This document shows positions 37,529 through 46,793 of a stretch of 60,574 bases of DNA, piece after piece (the first letter of the stretch is position 1; each line of letters begins with the position of its first letter). The notes beneath the pieces are model-generated. The model ran no database searches and was not told the DNA's origin. It saw only the letters and a program-made list of their open reading frames with translations. Source of the DNA: an uncultured virus (IMG/VR IMGVR_UViG_3300044641_005651) (lineage: Duplodnaviria; Heunggongvirae; Uroviricota; Caudoviricetes); the IMG/VR virus record IMGVR_UViG_3300044641_005651; one strand, given 5' to 3'. A program made the position numbers and the translations under genes.

Positions 37529-39012
37529 TATTCTAAACTCTGATTAGCTTTTATTAGATTAAACCTCTTACCAAACAGACTTCTAGTTACAGAGTTGAGA
37601 GAAGAACCAATAAGATCTTTTGGATTTCTAGAAGTAGCTTCGTGAACCCAGTAGTTAGGATCATAATAATATTGCATATTCTGTGTTCTTATATTAGCCA
37701 TTACCTGTAGGCTATTTACAAATCTACCTGTGCGATAGGTTAATACTCTAGAAGACTTAGGAGGTCCTCCCACAGGACCGATAGGCATACGACGAAGCAT
37801 CTCTCTTTTAGTTAGAGCAGTTATAGTGTCGTCGGTGATGAAATCACCCATAGTTTTAGTAGACCCTCTAGTCTCTCTTAAAATAGATACAATAGAATTA
37901 ATTCTACTTTGAAAAGCTGCTTTATTTATACGAGGTATATAAGTGTTTGGGTATTTAACTGTAGAAATAGGTATAGAGCCTCCGGAAGGTACTAATATTT
38001 GAGTAGTTACATCAGGCGGAGCCAACAATAGGTTTTTGATATCTGAATCTTTAATTATTTTATCTACAGCTTGTCCTGATTTATTTTGAAGAGCTGTTTT
38101 TAGTCTTTCCAAAACTTTATTTTCATATGCAGTTGTATATGCTATATATAAACTAGAACTCTGCACCTGTAAGTTGGTGTTCTGTACTTTAAAACTCTCT
38201 GGTAAATAGGCTGAATATGACTTAATAGTTGCGCCAGATCTTATTACATACTGCATCCATAGATTCTGACCCTTAGCTCTGATTTGTTTAACTGCAACTG
38301 AATTTTTAAAATATAATAATTTAGGATCAGTCCCAGAATATTCTCCAGTAATAGCGCTATGTAAATTATCTTTTGCCCTGTCAAAAAAATCTTTAATAGT
38401 ACGAGCAAGACGTTTAGCTTCTACTTTACTAGTATCTATAGAAGTGACTATCGGTATAACTAAACTAGATCCTTCAGGTTTTACTCCTCCTAAAATACTT
38501 TTTATATTTATCTGTCTACCTGTTAATCCTCTAGGAGTTTTTCTACTAATTTTTAAAGAATCGTCACTACCACCTAATAAGTCTATACCGAAAGAACCTT
38601 TAATTTCAATACCTCCTATAGTTTGTAATAAAGATAATCTTCTATTAGGGTCTTTTTCTGTGTTAGCAGCATTAACAAAGGCTTCTCTTAAAGATTGAAA
38701 ATCTACTCCTTCTTCTAATTTTGCTAAATTCTGTCTTAATTCATCAAGAAAACTAAATATGGTGCTATCTTCTGTTTGATTATTTTCAAGAAGTTTATCT
38801 ACATCAGCTTTAGTGATAGGTATGTCAGGTCTAGTATCTGAACTTGAAGTTCTAGGAAGTATAGTTCCAAATAACTGTCCTACATATGTTTCATAAGCTT
38901 TAGCATAAGAAGATTCCTGATCTTTAGATAATTTATTATCTCTTTTATAATACTTAGCAGTGAGTTCTTGGAATCCTGTGTTTTCAATAAAAACTATAGG
39001 CTTATCAATCAT
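37528..39012 (-). CDS. Tail completion/neck protein (T5 p143-like C-terminus)
   Basis: LTYRTGRFVNS, RNPKDLIGSS; synteny. Confidence 0.7.
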   Translation of the reverse strand: MIDKPIVFIENTGFQELTAKYYKRDNKLSKDQESSYAKAYETYVGQLFGTILPRTSSSDTRPDIPITKADVDKLLENNQTEDSTIFSFLDELRQNLAKLEEGVDFQSLREAFVNAANTEKDPNRRLSLLQTIGGIEIKGSFGIDLLGGSDDSLKISRKTPRGLTGRQINIKSILGGVKPEGSSLVIPIVTSIDTSKVEAKRLARTIKDFFDRAKDNLHSAITGEYSGTDPKLLYFKNSVAVKQIRAKGQNLWMQYVIRSGATIKSYSAYLPESFKVQNTNLQVQSSSLYIAYTTAYENKVLERLKTALQNKSGQAVDKIIKDSDIKNLLLAPPDVTTQILVPSGGSIPISTVKYPNTYIPRINKAAFQSRINSIVSILRETRGSTKTMGDFITDDTITALTKREMLRRMPIGPVGGPPKSSRVLTYRTGRFVNSLQVMANIRTQNMQYYYDPNYWVHEATSRNPKDLIGSSLNSVTRSLFGKRFNLIKANQSLE

Positions 39013-40289
39013 TACATCACAATCCTATAAAGATCCAACACGCGACGAATATGCGGAGCAAACCCACCTGTAAATTCAAAAGATGAAATACTTTCCCCTT
39101 GTAGAGAAACCGCTCTATTTTCTAACCCTTTATGTAATTCTTTAATATAATCTAAGGTAACTAGTTTAACATCAGAAGGTATAGTATCATATCCACCGTT
39201 GTAAGTAATTTTTACACCATGTGTATAGTTATAAAACTGTTTAACACCTAAGATACTGAGAGTCTCTCTACCTGTGTCTTGCCCAACGTGTTTAGTTATT
39301 TCTCCAGTAGCCCCATACCATGTATACTGTTCTCTATTTAAAGATGAATCATAGGTAGTAATAGCATCTTTAGAACCGTTAAAATGCATTAATAACGTAG
39401 TGTTTGTATCTGTTGAATATGTGTAGGTTTGTGGCACAAAATTAGCATTGGCTCTGTAACTATTTAGGGACATTCTTATCTCATCTAACTGACCTGAGAA
39501 ATACTGTTTATCTGTTAAATTTTGTCTTCCTATCTCTACGGGTGCGGATAGGTTAGGGAATACATTAGATACTGTTACTACAGGACTTACTAAAGATCCG
39601 CCTTTAAATATTCTGCAATCGTTATTCTCATCTCTAGAAAACATAACATGGACATATTGATTAGCAGTATAGCCAGTAGTAGAACCATTAGCTACATAGG
39701 CAATTTGAGTTCCGCCTTGCTTAGCTTCAAAAACTAGTCCTTGTGTGTTGCTAAAACCAAACTTCCAATAGTTATTACTGTCTTCTACTTGTGAGAAAAG
39801 GGTCTGAGAGCTGACTAAAGTATTAAATCTAAACCAGCCTTCAACCGCAAAAGGTAAGCTATCAAACCAGAAATCATCGTCGTCTGTTAAAGATAAATAT
39901 CCTCCAGAACCGTTTAACTGACCGGATGAAATTCCATATTTTACAAATCTAGTTTGAAGACTAAACCCTGTATTAGAAGTAACTGTTTTATTTACTCTAG
40001 AAGCGTCAACTATCGAACTGTCTATTGTAGGACCGTCTAAAACTTGATACTGTCTGCCATCATATTCTAAAACCTGATGAACATTATTTACGGGTATGTT
40101 TTTAACAAATAAGCTAGAGGTTCCGCCGTCAAATATCTCAGTATATGAATTAGAAGAGAAAACTCGCCCACAATAACTCTCTATCACAGAGCAGCCATAG
40201 GTAATTAGATTTGCTAATCTACCATCATGCTCTGTGCTGTTAATCTTAAGATAGTTTTTAACTTCTGCTAGAGTTACATAGTTTGCCAT
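39012..40289 (-). CDS. Head completion/adaptor protein with inserted LamG-like domain
   Basis: YVTLAEVKNYL..IESYCGR and YNGGYDTIPSDVKL flank FAVEGWF..HVMFSR..FSGQLDEIRMS..LLMHFNG. Confidence 0.82.
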   Translation of the reverse strand: MANYVTLAEVKNYLKINSTEHDGRLANLITYGCSVIESYCGRVFSSNSYTEIFDGGTSSLFVKNIPVNNVHQVLEYDGRQYQVLDGPTIDSSIVDASRVNKTVTSNTGFSLQTRFVKYGISSGQLNGSGGYLSLTDDDDFWFDSLPFAVEGWFRFNTLVSSQTLFSQVEDSNNYWKFGFSNTQGLVFEAKQGGTQIAYVANGSTTGYTANQYVHVMFSRDENNDCRIFKGGSLVSPVVTVSNVFPNLSAPVEIGRQNLTDKQYFSGQLDEIRMSLNSYRANANFVPQTYTYSTDTNTTLLMHFNGSKDAITTYDSSLNREQYTWYGATGEITKHVGQDTGRETLSILGVKQFYNYTHGVKITYNGGYDTIPSDVKLVTLDYIKELHKGLENRAVSLQGESISSFEFTGGFAPHIRRVLDLYRIVM

Positions 40290-40299
40290 ATTTTCCTCT

Positions 40300-40338
40300 A
40301 AAAAAAAGAGGTAGCCATTATTTCTAACAGCTACCTCT
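40300..40338 (-). terminator. Intrinsic terminator after the capsid operon
   Basis: agaggtagc..gctacctct followed by a T-run on the minus strand. Confidence 0.85.
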
Positions 40339-40362
40339 CACTTGATTATCAGTAGACTAATC

Positions 40363-40983
40363 TTATGAAATTAGTGCTGATACTGTTTCAACCGTATTAC
40401 CAGTATTTGATCCGCCGCTTCTGCTTGCAATTACTTGAACTGCCTTTAGAGTGGCGTTTGCTCCAGTGAAATATGCATTTGAAGAGGCATTTAGAACACT
40501 GAAACGAACGTTTGCAGATACTACTGCATTAGAACGGATTGCTCTGTCTACTGCACTAGCGTCGCAACGATCAACTACTAGAGCTACTAGAGCTTGGTTA
40601 TCAATACCAAGGTCTCCATTTGTGAAGGTTACGTTTTCAAACCTTACAGTTCCTGTAGCACCGTTGGTAATAAATACGCTACGGCCTGTGCTAGCAGCTA
40701 CACCGCTATTTCCGCTTAGTGTTACATTACGGAAAATATTAGTGTTTGCAGATGTGCCACCTATAACTAGGTTTGCTAGTACTACGTCTGCTGGGTTGCC
40801 GATGCCTTCGAAAGTTAAACTATCTAGATTGATAGTTCCCATTTCGTAAACACCAGGCATAAATCTAATTGTTGATCCGAAGTTTAAAGCGTGTGATGGA
40901 ATTTCATCAAAAGTCTTAAACTGAGCATTGTAGCTTAGATCGGCATCAACGATATGTAGGAATTTTTGTCCGGCTCCTGCCAT
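40363..40983 (-). CDS. Beta-helix-like virion protein, candidate capsid decoration
   Basis: TIRFMPGVY, FRNVTL, FENVTF beta-helix pattern; lies between MCP and terminator; strong SD. Confidence 0.55.
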   Translation of the reverse strand: MAGAGQKFLHIVDADLSYNAQFKTFDEIPSHALNFGSTIRFMPGVYEMGTINLDSLTFEGIGNPADVVLANLVIGGTSANTNIFRNVTLSGNSGVAASTGRSVFITNGATGTVRFENVTFTNGDLGIDNQALVALVVDRCDASAVDRAIRSNAVVSANVRFSVLNASSNAYFTGANATLKAVQVIASRSGGSNTGNTVETVSALIS

Positions 40984-41002
40984 TTTGTTTCTCCTTATGG
41001 GT

Positions 41003-41028
41003 AGTAGGTAGTATCTCTACTACCTACT
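41003..41028. other. Perfect 11-bp hairpin after the capsid gene
   Basis: agtaggtagta-tctc-tactacctact; no U-tract. Confidence 0.7.
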
Positions 41029-41046
41029 CCCGTGCCTAAACTACTA

Positions 41047-42414
41047 TTATGCTCCAGAACGGATTACTGATGCCATTGAATACTTGGTTGCATCAAGGGC
41101 AGCACTTGAGTTAGTTGTTAGTGCCTTCATGTCTAGGCGTGTGCTCATGTAGATTGCAGTTAGCTGACGACGTGGATCGTATTCGCTCTCAATCTCCATT
41201 GCACGGCGCTCAGCTACTAGGAACCCTGGCTTGTATACTAGTAGACCGATGTGACGGTCTGCACCGCCTACAACGTCTAGGAACTCAGTGATCATAACTG
41301 GAATTCCGTATACAGCTCCAAGAGCACCTGTTAGATAGGTTGCGTTTGGACCGAACTTATCAACTGTGCGGAAGTCTGAATTTGATACTAGCTCGTTATA
41401 TCCTTCAATAGTTGTTAGATATACTAGGTGATCTCCTAGCTGTAGACCGTATTTACCTAATACGGCACGTGCGCTAGCAATGTTAGCTGGGGTAGCCTTG
41501 GTTGCGTTACCGCCGGTCTGAACACGGAGACCAGAGATATCATTGGCTAGGGTTGCAATTCCCTTGAATACTGCAGCATAACCAGTTCCTGCTGTGATAG
41601 CATTAGTTGGTGAAGCAGTGAACCCGCTTAGTGAACCGTCACCGCGTAGTAGAGCCTTGTCGATTGCACGGCCCATACGACGCATAGAAGCGGTACGTAG
41701 GAAGTCTAGTAGAGGAAGAATTGTATCTTCTTCTTCGTCCTTAGCTAGGTGTGTTGTAGCCATGAACTTGTGAGGTGTGAAGTCTACAGACTTAATTGTG
41801 CTCTGGTTTGAAGTTGGCACGTTGGTAGCGTCGGCAATACCTGTGGTATATGTTCCGCTAGCGAACTGTGCTACATCACCATCGGTGTCTTCGTCAGCAA
41901 CTGGGACTCTGAAAGTCTTTGCGTCTACTGACATACGACGTAGCATTTTAGCAACAACTAGTTCCTGCTGTAGTTCAGTATAAACATCTGAGCTAAAGTT
42001 TGATAGGAACTGATCTACAGTTGTTACTGCCTTCATACGAGCACCTAGCTTGGTGTCGAATACAGATTCCTTGCGAAGTGCCTTAGATAGTAGGTAGGCA
42101 TTAGCAAGTTCACGCTGAGTGAACTGAGAAGCACGTGACTGCTCCTGGAATACCATCTTGCTGTTCTGTAGTGCAGCAATTTCGTCTTTGTACTTCTTGA
42201 TCTGAGCCTGAAGTTCAGCAGCCTTTTCAGATTCACGAGGAGTATACTCACCGTACTTATCCTTTGCGTCTGCTTCCTTGATGATAGCTTCACCAGTCTT
42301 TTCAACTAGCTCAGCAACACGAGGCTCGGCAACCTTAGCTGTGGCAGTAGCCTCAGCCTTGGTTTCAGCAGTAGAACCAATAACAACTGGTTCGTCAACA
42401 GCCTGAGTAGCCAT
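41047..42414 (-). CDS. Major capsid protein (internal in-frame start, 455 aa, T5 pb8-like)
   Basis: AAGGAG 9 nt before ATG 42414; EEEDTILPLLDFLR, DKFGPNAT.LTG..G.VYGIPV. Confidence 0.88.
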   Translation of the reverse strand: MATQAVDEPVVIGSTAETKAEATATAKVAEPRVAELVEKTGEAIIKEADAKDKYGEYTPRESEKAAELQAQIKKYKDEIAALQNSKMVFQEQSRASQFTQRELANAYLLSKALRKESVFDTKLGARMKAVTTVDQFLSNFSSDVYTELQQELVVAKMLRRMSVDAKTFRVPVADEDTDGDVAQFASGTYTTGIADATNVPTSNQSTIKSVDFTPHKFMATTHLAKDEEEDTILPLLDFLRTASMRRMGRAIDKALLRGDGSLSGFTASPTNAITAGTGYAAVFKGIATLANDISGLRVQTGGNATKATPANIASARAVLGKYGLQLGDHLVYLTTIEGYNELVSNSDFRTVDKFGPNATYLTGALGAVYGIPVMITEFLDVVGGADRHIGLLVYKPGFLVAERRAMEIESEYDPRRQLTAIYMSTRLDMKALTTNSSAALDATKYSMASVIRSGA

Positions 42415-43908
42415 ATTTAATTTCTCCTTTGTTTGAGCTTCTAAATGACCGTGAAGCTTTAGCATTATTTGTCGCATAGATGCTTCACTGTGCTCAATTT
42501 CTTTCAATTTATGAATAACTTGACAAATTCTATTTGCGACTACAAAGTCAGAATCAGTCCAGTTTTTAGTAGATACTAAGTTTATTGTTTTGTTTAGTTT
42601 TTCTTGTAGAGTTGGGTTAGTTTTTACTAGGTTGTCTGTTTTGAGATCATATAGATCTTTTTCGGTTACGTTATTTAAGTTTTTAAAGTTTGTTAGGATA
42701 GTCTGTTTTGTATCTTCATCTAAACTGAGTTCTTCGATCTCTGCTAGCTGAATATCAAAATTTGTTCCTACATCCCATATATTTAACACTTCTAGGGAAG
42801 TAGCGTCAATGTTTAAAATTTTATCAAGATGCTGTCCCTGTAAATCTACTTGTTTAAACTGGAAACTTGGACTATCCGAAGTAGCAATCTTAGTAATTAC
42901 ATACCTCTCACCTTTTAGCTGAACAAATTGTCCATTAGCTAGTGCTCCAGTGCTTGCGCTTAATAGATTTACAAAAGGAATTGGCTCGTAAGGATCTGTT
43001 TCTTCTACAGTATCTTCTTCGGCTTGTTCAGAATCTTTTGTCTCTACTGTTTTCTGCACAGTATCTTCTGTTCCACTCATTAAAAAGATATTAGGAACGC
43101 TTTCCTCTTCTTCGTCTTCTTGCTCTGCGTGAACCGCGGTAGTAAGAATTCTGTGAGTGTGGCCTTCTGCAGCCTGAATTTGGCCATTAATTATCTGATG
43201 AACGTGCTCTCTAGAATCAGAGCCGAAAATAGTAGCGCCATCGTCTGTATCTGTCATTTGGAAAATATGATAGTGTCCCATATCACGAGTAGTTATACCA
43301 ATTCTATATGGGCCTTCGTTTTCTAAGATAGCTTTCTCTTCTGAAGTCATAGAAGCTTTAATCTCTTCTTCTTCTTTTGCATCTTGAACTGGAAAAGACT
43401 TTTTAAAGGTCTCATACTCTTCTTGATTTTCAAAATTCTTCTTTACAGAGAAAAGACTTTCCTGGTTAGCAGGAACACTTACAACGCTGATTTCTAGTAA
43501 TTCAACATCAGATATAACGAATGTATCGTTAGCCTTATCTAGTTTTCCGTCTTTTACTAGAAAACCTACGCTAAAACTTTTTAGGGCTCCGTCTTTTATG
43601 AGACTATGAACCCCGTGTAATTTTTCAGCAGCTTCACTAACGGAAGCCTCAATGAACATACCTTTTTTATCAACAGTTACTTTGTCTACTCTGCCGATCG
43701 GATTTTCGTGTTTGTGCTGATATAATAAAACAGGATTCTTACGAAACCTGTCTATTCCCTTAGCCCATGCTGCTGGAAGTACAACATCACCTGCGCGATC
43801 CTTATCTACAGTATTAGCATAGCCAGCAATTTTTAAACTTTTGCTACCTGTTTTCTTCTGTACAGAATTCGCTTCAAATGAGGCACTTAAGTAAAATTTC
43901 TTATCCAT
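41047..43908 (-). CDS. Prohead protease-major capsid protein fusion ORF
   Basis: HK97 protease motifs (IAGYAN, LLYQH, SFSVGF, EISVVSVPAN) in frame with an HK97-fold capsid. Confidence 0.9.
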   Translation of the reverse strand: MDKKFYLSASFEANSVQKKTGSKSLKIAGYANTVDKDRAGDVVLPAAWAKGIDRFRKNPVLLYQHKHENPIGRVDKVTVDKKGMFIEASVSEAAEKLHGVHSLIKDGALKSFSVGFLVKDGKLDKANDTFVISDVELLEISVVSVPANQESLFSVKKNFENQEEYETFKKSFPVQDAKEEEEIKASMTSEEKAILENEGPYRIGITTRDMGHYHIFQMTDTDDGATIFGSDSREHVHQIINGQIQAAEGHTHRILTTAVHAEQEDEEEESVPNIFLMSGTEDTVQKTVETKDSEQAEEDTVEETDPYEPIPFVNLLSASTGALANGQFVQLKGERYVITKIATSDSPSFQFKQVDLQGQHLDKILNIDATSLEVLNIWDVGTNFDIQLAEIEELSLDEDTKQTILTNFKNLNNVTEKDLYDLKTDNLVKTNPTLQEKLNKTINLVSTKNWTDSDFVVANRICQVIHKLKEIEHSEASMRQIMLKLHGHLEAQTKEKLNMATQAVDEPVVIGSTAETKAEATATAKVAEPRVAELVEKTGEAIIKEADAKDKYGEYTPRESEKAAELQAQIKKYKDEIAALQNSKMVFQEQSRASQFTQRELANAYLLSKALRKESVFDTKLGARMKAVTTVDQFLSNFSSDVYTELQQELVVAKMLRRMSVDAKTFRVPVADEDTDGDVAQFASGTYTTGIADATNVPTSNQSTIKSVDFTPHKFMATTHLAKDEEEDTILPLLDFLRTASMRRMGRAIDKALLRGDGSLSGFTASPTNAITAGTGYAAVFKGIATLANDISGLRVQTGGNATKATPANIASARAVLGKYGLQLGDHLVYLTTIEGYNELVSNSDFRTVDKFGPNATYLTGALGAVYGIPVMITEFLDVVGGADRHIGLLVYKPGFLVAERRAMEIESEYDPRRQLTAIYMSTRLDMKALTTNSSAALDATKYSMASVIRSGA

Positions 43909-45184
43909 TAGTCGATCCTTGTGTGTTTGTATCCTCTAAGGGAGTAACTGTTGTAGGCTCTGTTCTATCTTCTTCTACCGGTCTACCGCCCTGAGAAGGG
44001 TCTGTAGCACTACCTACTATATTTTGAGGCACCCTTATCTTATCCATTTCTGGATCTGTAGATCTTGATAGTCTTAAACCTTCTCTAGCTTCGTTAGGAG
44101 ATATGATACCTCCATTTACTAGAGTAGTATAATACATAGCCTGAGTTTTATTATCTGGTTGTAGAGCAGAGATCGCATACTTATCTGGATATATTTTTAC
44201 ATCTCCCGCAAAGTATAACTGAAAGGCGCTACAATAACTATGTAGTATAGGTAGAACAACGTGATTATATAGAAGTCTTTCGTTTACTTCTATGTTAGCA
44301 TTATTACCGCTTTTTAGTAAGACATAAGGTACACCTAACGCCTTACACATATCTTGCTGTAATCTATCAACTGAAGCTTCGAAATCTAGTTCTCTGAAGT
44401 TGATGTTACTAAACTTTTCAATTTTTAAACCACCGTCTAGGATGGCTGGACTTCTAGCTCCCTGAAATACGTTAGAATAAGTATTTCTCCAGGCTTCTAG
44501 TAGTCTTTCTTTTACCTTCTGACTTAGTACAGAATCTGTCTGTAAAACCATGCCAGGTATTGCATTATTTTTGAAGAACTGTCTTTGGAAGTCTGTTAAA
44601 GCATAATACAGCTCTATCAGTCTTCTAAGAGGCTTTAACCTAGAGGAACCTCTAAAGATTGAATCTTCATTATCTGATTTTACATGGATAATCTCATCCG
44701 GGTCAAAGTTTATATTATTAACTTTTGGCTTATCAAAACCGTAAAGAACCGAACCACTTCTGAGTTGATATTGATAATTTTTAACGAAAGTCTTTTCATC
44801 GGGCTGAATAGCTACTTCGTTAGCAGGTAATGCATATAGAGATGTTCCATCATAGTAAAAAAAGGCATTACCATCTAGCATAAAATCTAGGAAAGATCTG
44901 CGAAATATTCTATTTCTATCTTCAAAAGGATTAGGAGTTATATTTAAAAGTTTATTTAATTTTTTAGGAGCTGCACCACCGTCTATGGTCAATGGCACAT
45001 TTGCACAAGCGTTGATAATAATGTCTACAGCGCGACGTATTACTTCTACGTCACGATAAGCTCTTTCAAAATCAACTATTGTTTCAGGTACTTGATAACC
45101 AGCGTCTCTAGCGATAGAGGGCTGAACTGGATTTAGCTTTTCAGCCACCCATGCTCTAGTACGTCCTAAAAATGTATCACTCAA
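43901..45184 (-). CDS. Portal protein
   Basis: LLNITPNPF, LDGNAF, FFKNNAIPG, ILDGGLK, GGIISPNEAR; TTG start with GAGG SD. Confidence 0.93.
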   Translation of the reverse strand: MSDTFLGRTRAWVAEKLNPVQPSIARDAGYQVPETIVDFERAYRDVEVIRRAVDIIINACANVPLTIDGGAAPKKLNKLLNITPNPFEDRNRIFRRSFLDFMLDGNAFFYYDGTSLYALPANEVAIQPDEKTFVKNYQYQLRSGSVLYGFDKPKVNNINFDPDEIIHVKSDNEDSIFRGSSRLKPLRRLIELYYALTDFQRQFFKNNAIPGMVLQTDSVLSQKVKERLLEAWRNTYSNVFQGARSPAILDGGLKIEKFSNINFRELDFEASVDRLQQDMCKALGVPYVLLKSGNNANIEVNERLLYNHVVLPILHSYCSAFQLYFAGDVKIYPDKYAISALQPDNKTQAMYYTTLVNGGIISPNEAREGLRLSRSTDPEMDKIRVPQNIVGSATDPSQGGRPVEEDRTEPTTVTPLEDTNTQGSTNG

Positions 45185-45202
45185 GGTTATACCTCATACA
45201 AT

Positions 45203-45231
45203 ATGATAACAGTGTATAATATTGTTGTCTA
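45203..45231 (-). promoter_or_regulatory. Sigma70-type promoter for head genes
   Basis: TAGACA-17 bp-TATCAT with extended TG and A-rich upstream. Confidence 0.65.
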
Positions 45232-45252
45232 AACTTTTTTATTTACTTTGTC

Positions 45253-46515
45253 TTATCCGTAGATACTTACTTTATTTTTAGCGTGTGTATAGATAGCGTA
45301 TCTAAGTGCATCACAACAATGAGAAGCCCAATCATGTAGAGGTTTTTCTTTCTCACCTCTATCATTCCATCTATATGCACACATAGACTGATAGGTTTTA
45401 GGAACCGTAGAGCTAAAAACTAATCTATTATGTTCAAGTAAAACTTGTAAATGCGTTATACCTTCATTTTGATACTTATTAGCGTTTTCGCAGTAAATAT
45501 CATATTCATATGCAAGGTCTGCTTTCATTTGCTGAGCCGCACTATCTATGTAGATAGAATTAACTCCCCAATGATCTATAAGTTCTCTAAAATGTTCTGC
45601 ATGAGTAGAGGTAGTAGCTTCTTTACTAATATACTCATCTACTACATAGAAATTCTCACCATCTGTAGCCACTACTAAGAATACGGTTTCGTCTCTATAT
45701 CCAAGGTCTAATCCACCGATAAAATCAAATCGACTATCTTTAGGTTGTATATCAGACAGGTCTAATAAATGTCTAGTCTCATCCACTGCATATATCTGAC
45801 CTTCGAAAGTAGACCACTCACATTCATACTCTTGTTTAAAGAGCTGTTCAGACATAATACTACGAGCTTCTTCGATATCCGTTATTGAAAGACGTGGATT
45901 AGCTCTCCAAGTATATAGAGAGCTACCCCACTCAGAATAGCGCTCGTCAGGACCACGATTAAAATACTCATAGATGTAATTGTTTTTTCCGCGAGGAGTA
46001 GTAATAAAGAGAGCCCTAGAATCATTAAAGGTAGAAAGAGCAGGGCGTAAGTCTCTGGTAAAATACTCATCATCATCTATGACTGCTGCCTCGTCTACAA
46101 TTAAAAAATTAGCCGCTCTACCAACAAGAGAGTCTCTATTGTTAGCAGAAAGCAGCCTAAACGTAGAACCATTAATAAGTTTTATTACTTTATCTTTTTG
46201 ATTGAAACGATCACATTCTATCTTAAGTTCTTGTATTAAATCTGTTACATAATCCCAAATAATAGAACTTAGGGTAAAGTTAGGAGCCACTACAATAACT
46301 TGTTGATTAGGCTCAAGTAGTTTAGCTAGTGCAAGGATAGATGCGCCAAAGCTCTTACCTGTACGACGCGCAGCAATATGCACCCAAAATCGGTGTTCTT
46401 CAAGGCCTTTAAAAAGACCCCATTGAGAATCGTTAAATATTACTTTTTCATCTCTAGCATACCTAGAGGGTATTTTTTCAAGTAACTTCTGAATATTAAG
46501 TTTAAAAAACGGCAT
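45253..46515 (-). CDS. terL: Terminase large subunit
   Basis: ARRTGKS, IVDEAA, ITTPRG, GLDLGYRD, HCCDALRY. Confidence 0.95.
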   Translation of the reverse strand: MPFFKLNIQKLLEKIPSRYARDEKVIFNDSQWGLFKGLEEHRFWVHIAARRTGKSFGASILALAKLLEPNQQVIVVAPNFTLSSIIWDYVTDLIQELKIECDRFNQKDKVIKLINGSTFRLLSANNRDSLVGRAANFLIVDEAAVIDDDEYFTRDLRPALSTFNDSRALFITTPRGKNNYIYEYFNRGPDERYSEWGSSLYTWRANPRLSITDIEEARSIMSEQLFKQEYECEWSTFEGQIYAVDETRHLLDLSDIQPKDSRFDFIGGLDLGYRDETVFLVVATDGENFYVVDEYISKEATTSTHAEHFRELIDHWGVNSIYIDSAAQQMKADLAYEYDIYCENANKYQNEGITHLQVLLEHNRLVFSSTVPKTYQSMCAYRWNDRGEKEKPLHDWASHCCDALRYAIYTHAKNKVSIYG

Positions 46516-46793
46516 TAAATAAGTCTAAATGTTTTGAGTATAAAAATGAAGAACGTAAACGTTCCAGCTCCTGCTCCTAGTAACCAGACTGTAGTAGAGA
46601 TAGATGTTTTACCTTGCACGGCTATAGTAGACAATGTTTCTAGTTTAGCGGCAAGAGCGGCTATCTGACTATTACTAAATTCTAATTTTTCTAAAATCTG
46701 TTCATATCTTAAAGTGCATAGAGCCTCGTGAGTCTCTAATCTAGCCTTATTATTATAGGCAATTTCTTTAATCTTATCTACATCATCACTCAT
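46515..46793 (-). CDS. Small coiled-coil protein with C-terminal TM helix (possible holin/XhlA-like)
   Basis: HEALCTLRY motif, coiled coil, hydrophobic C-terminus. Confidence 0.6.
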   Translation of the reverse strand: MSDDVDKIKEIAYNNKARLETHEALCTLRYEQILEKLEFSNSQIAALAAKLETLSTIAVQGKTSISTTVWLLGAGAGTFTFFIFILKTFRLI

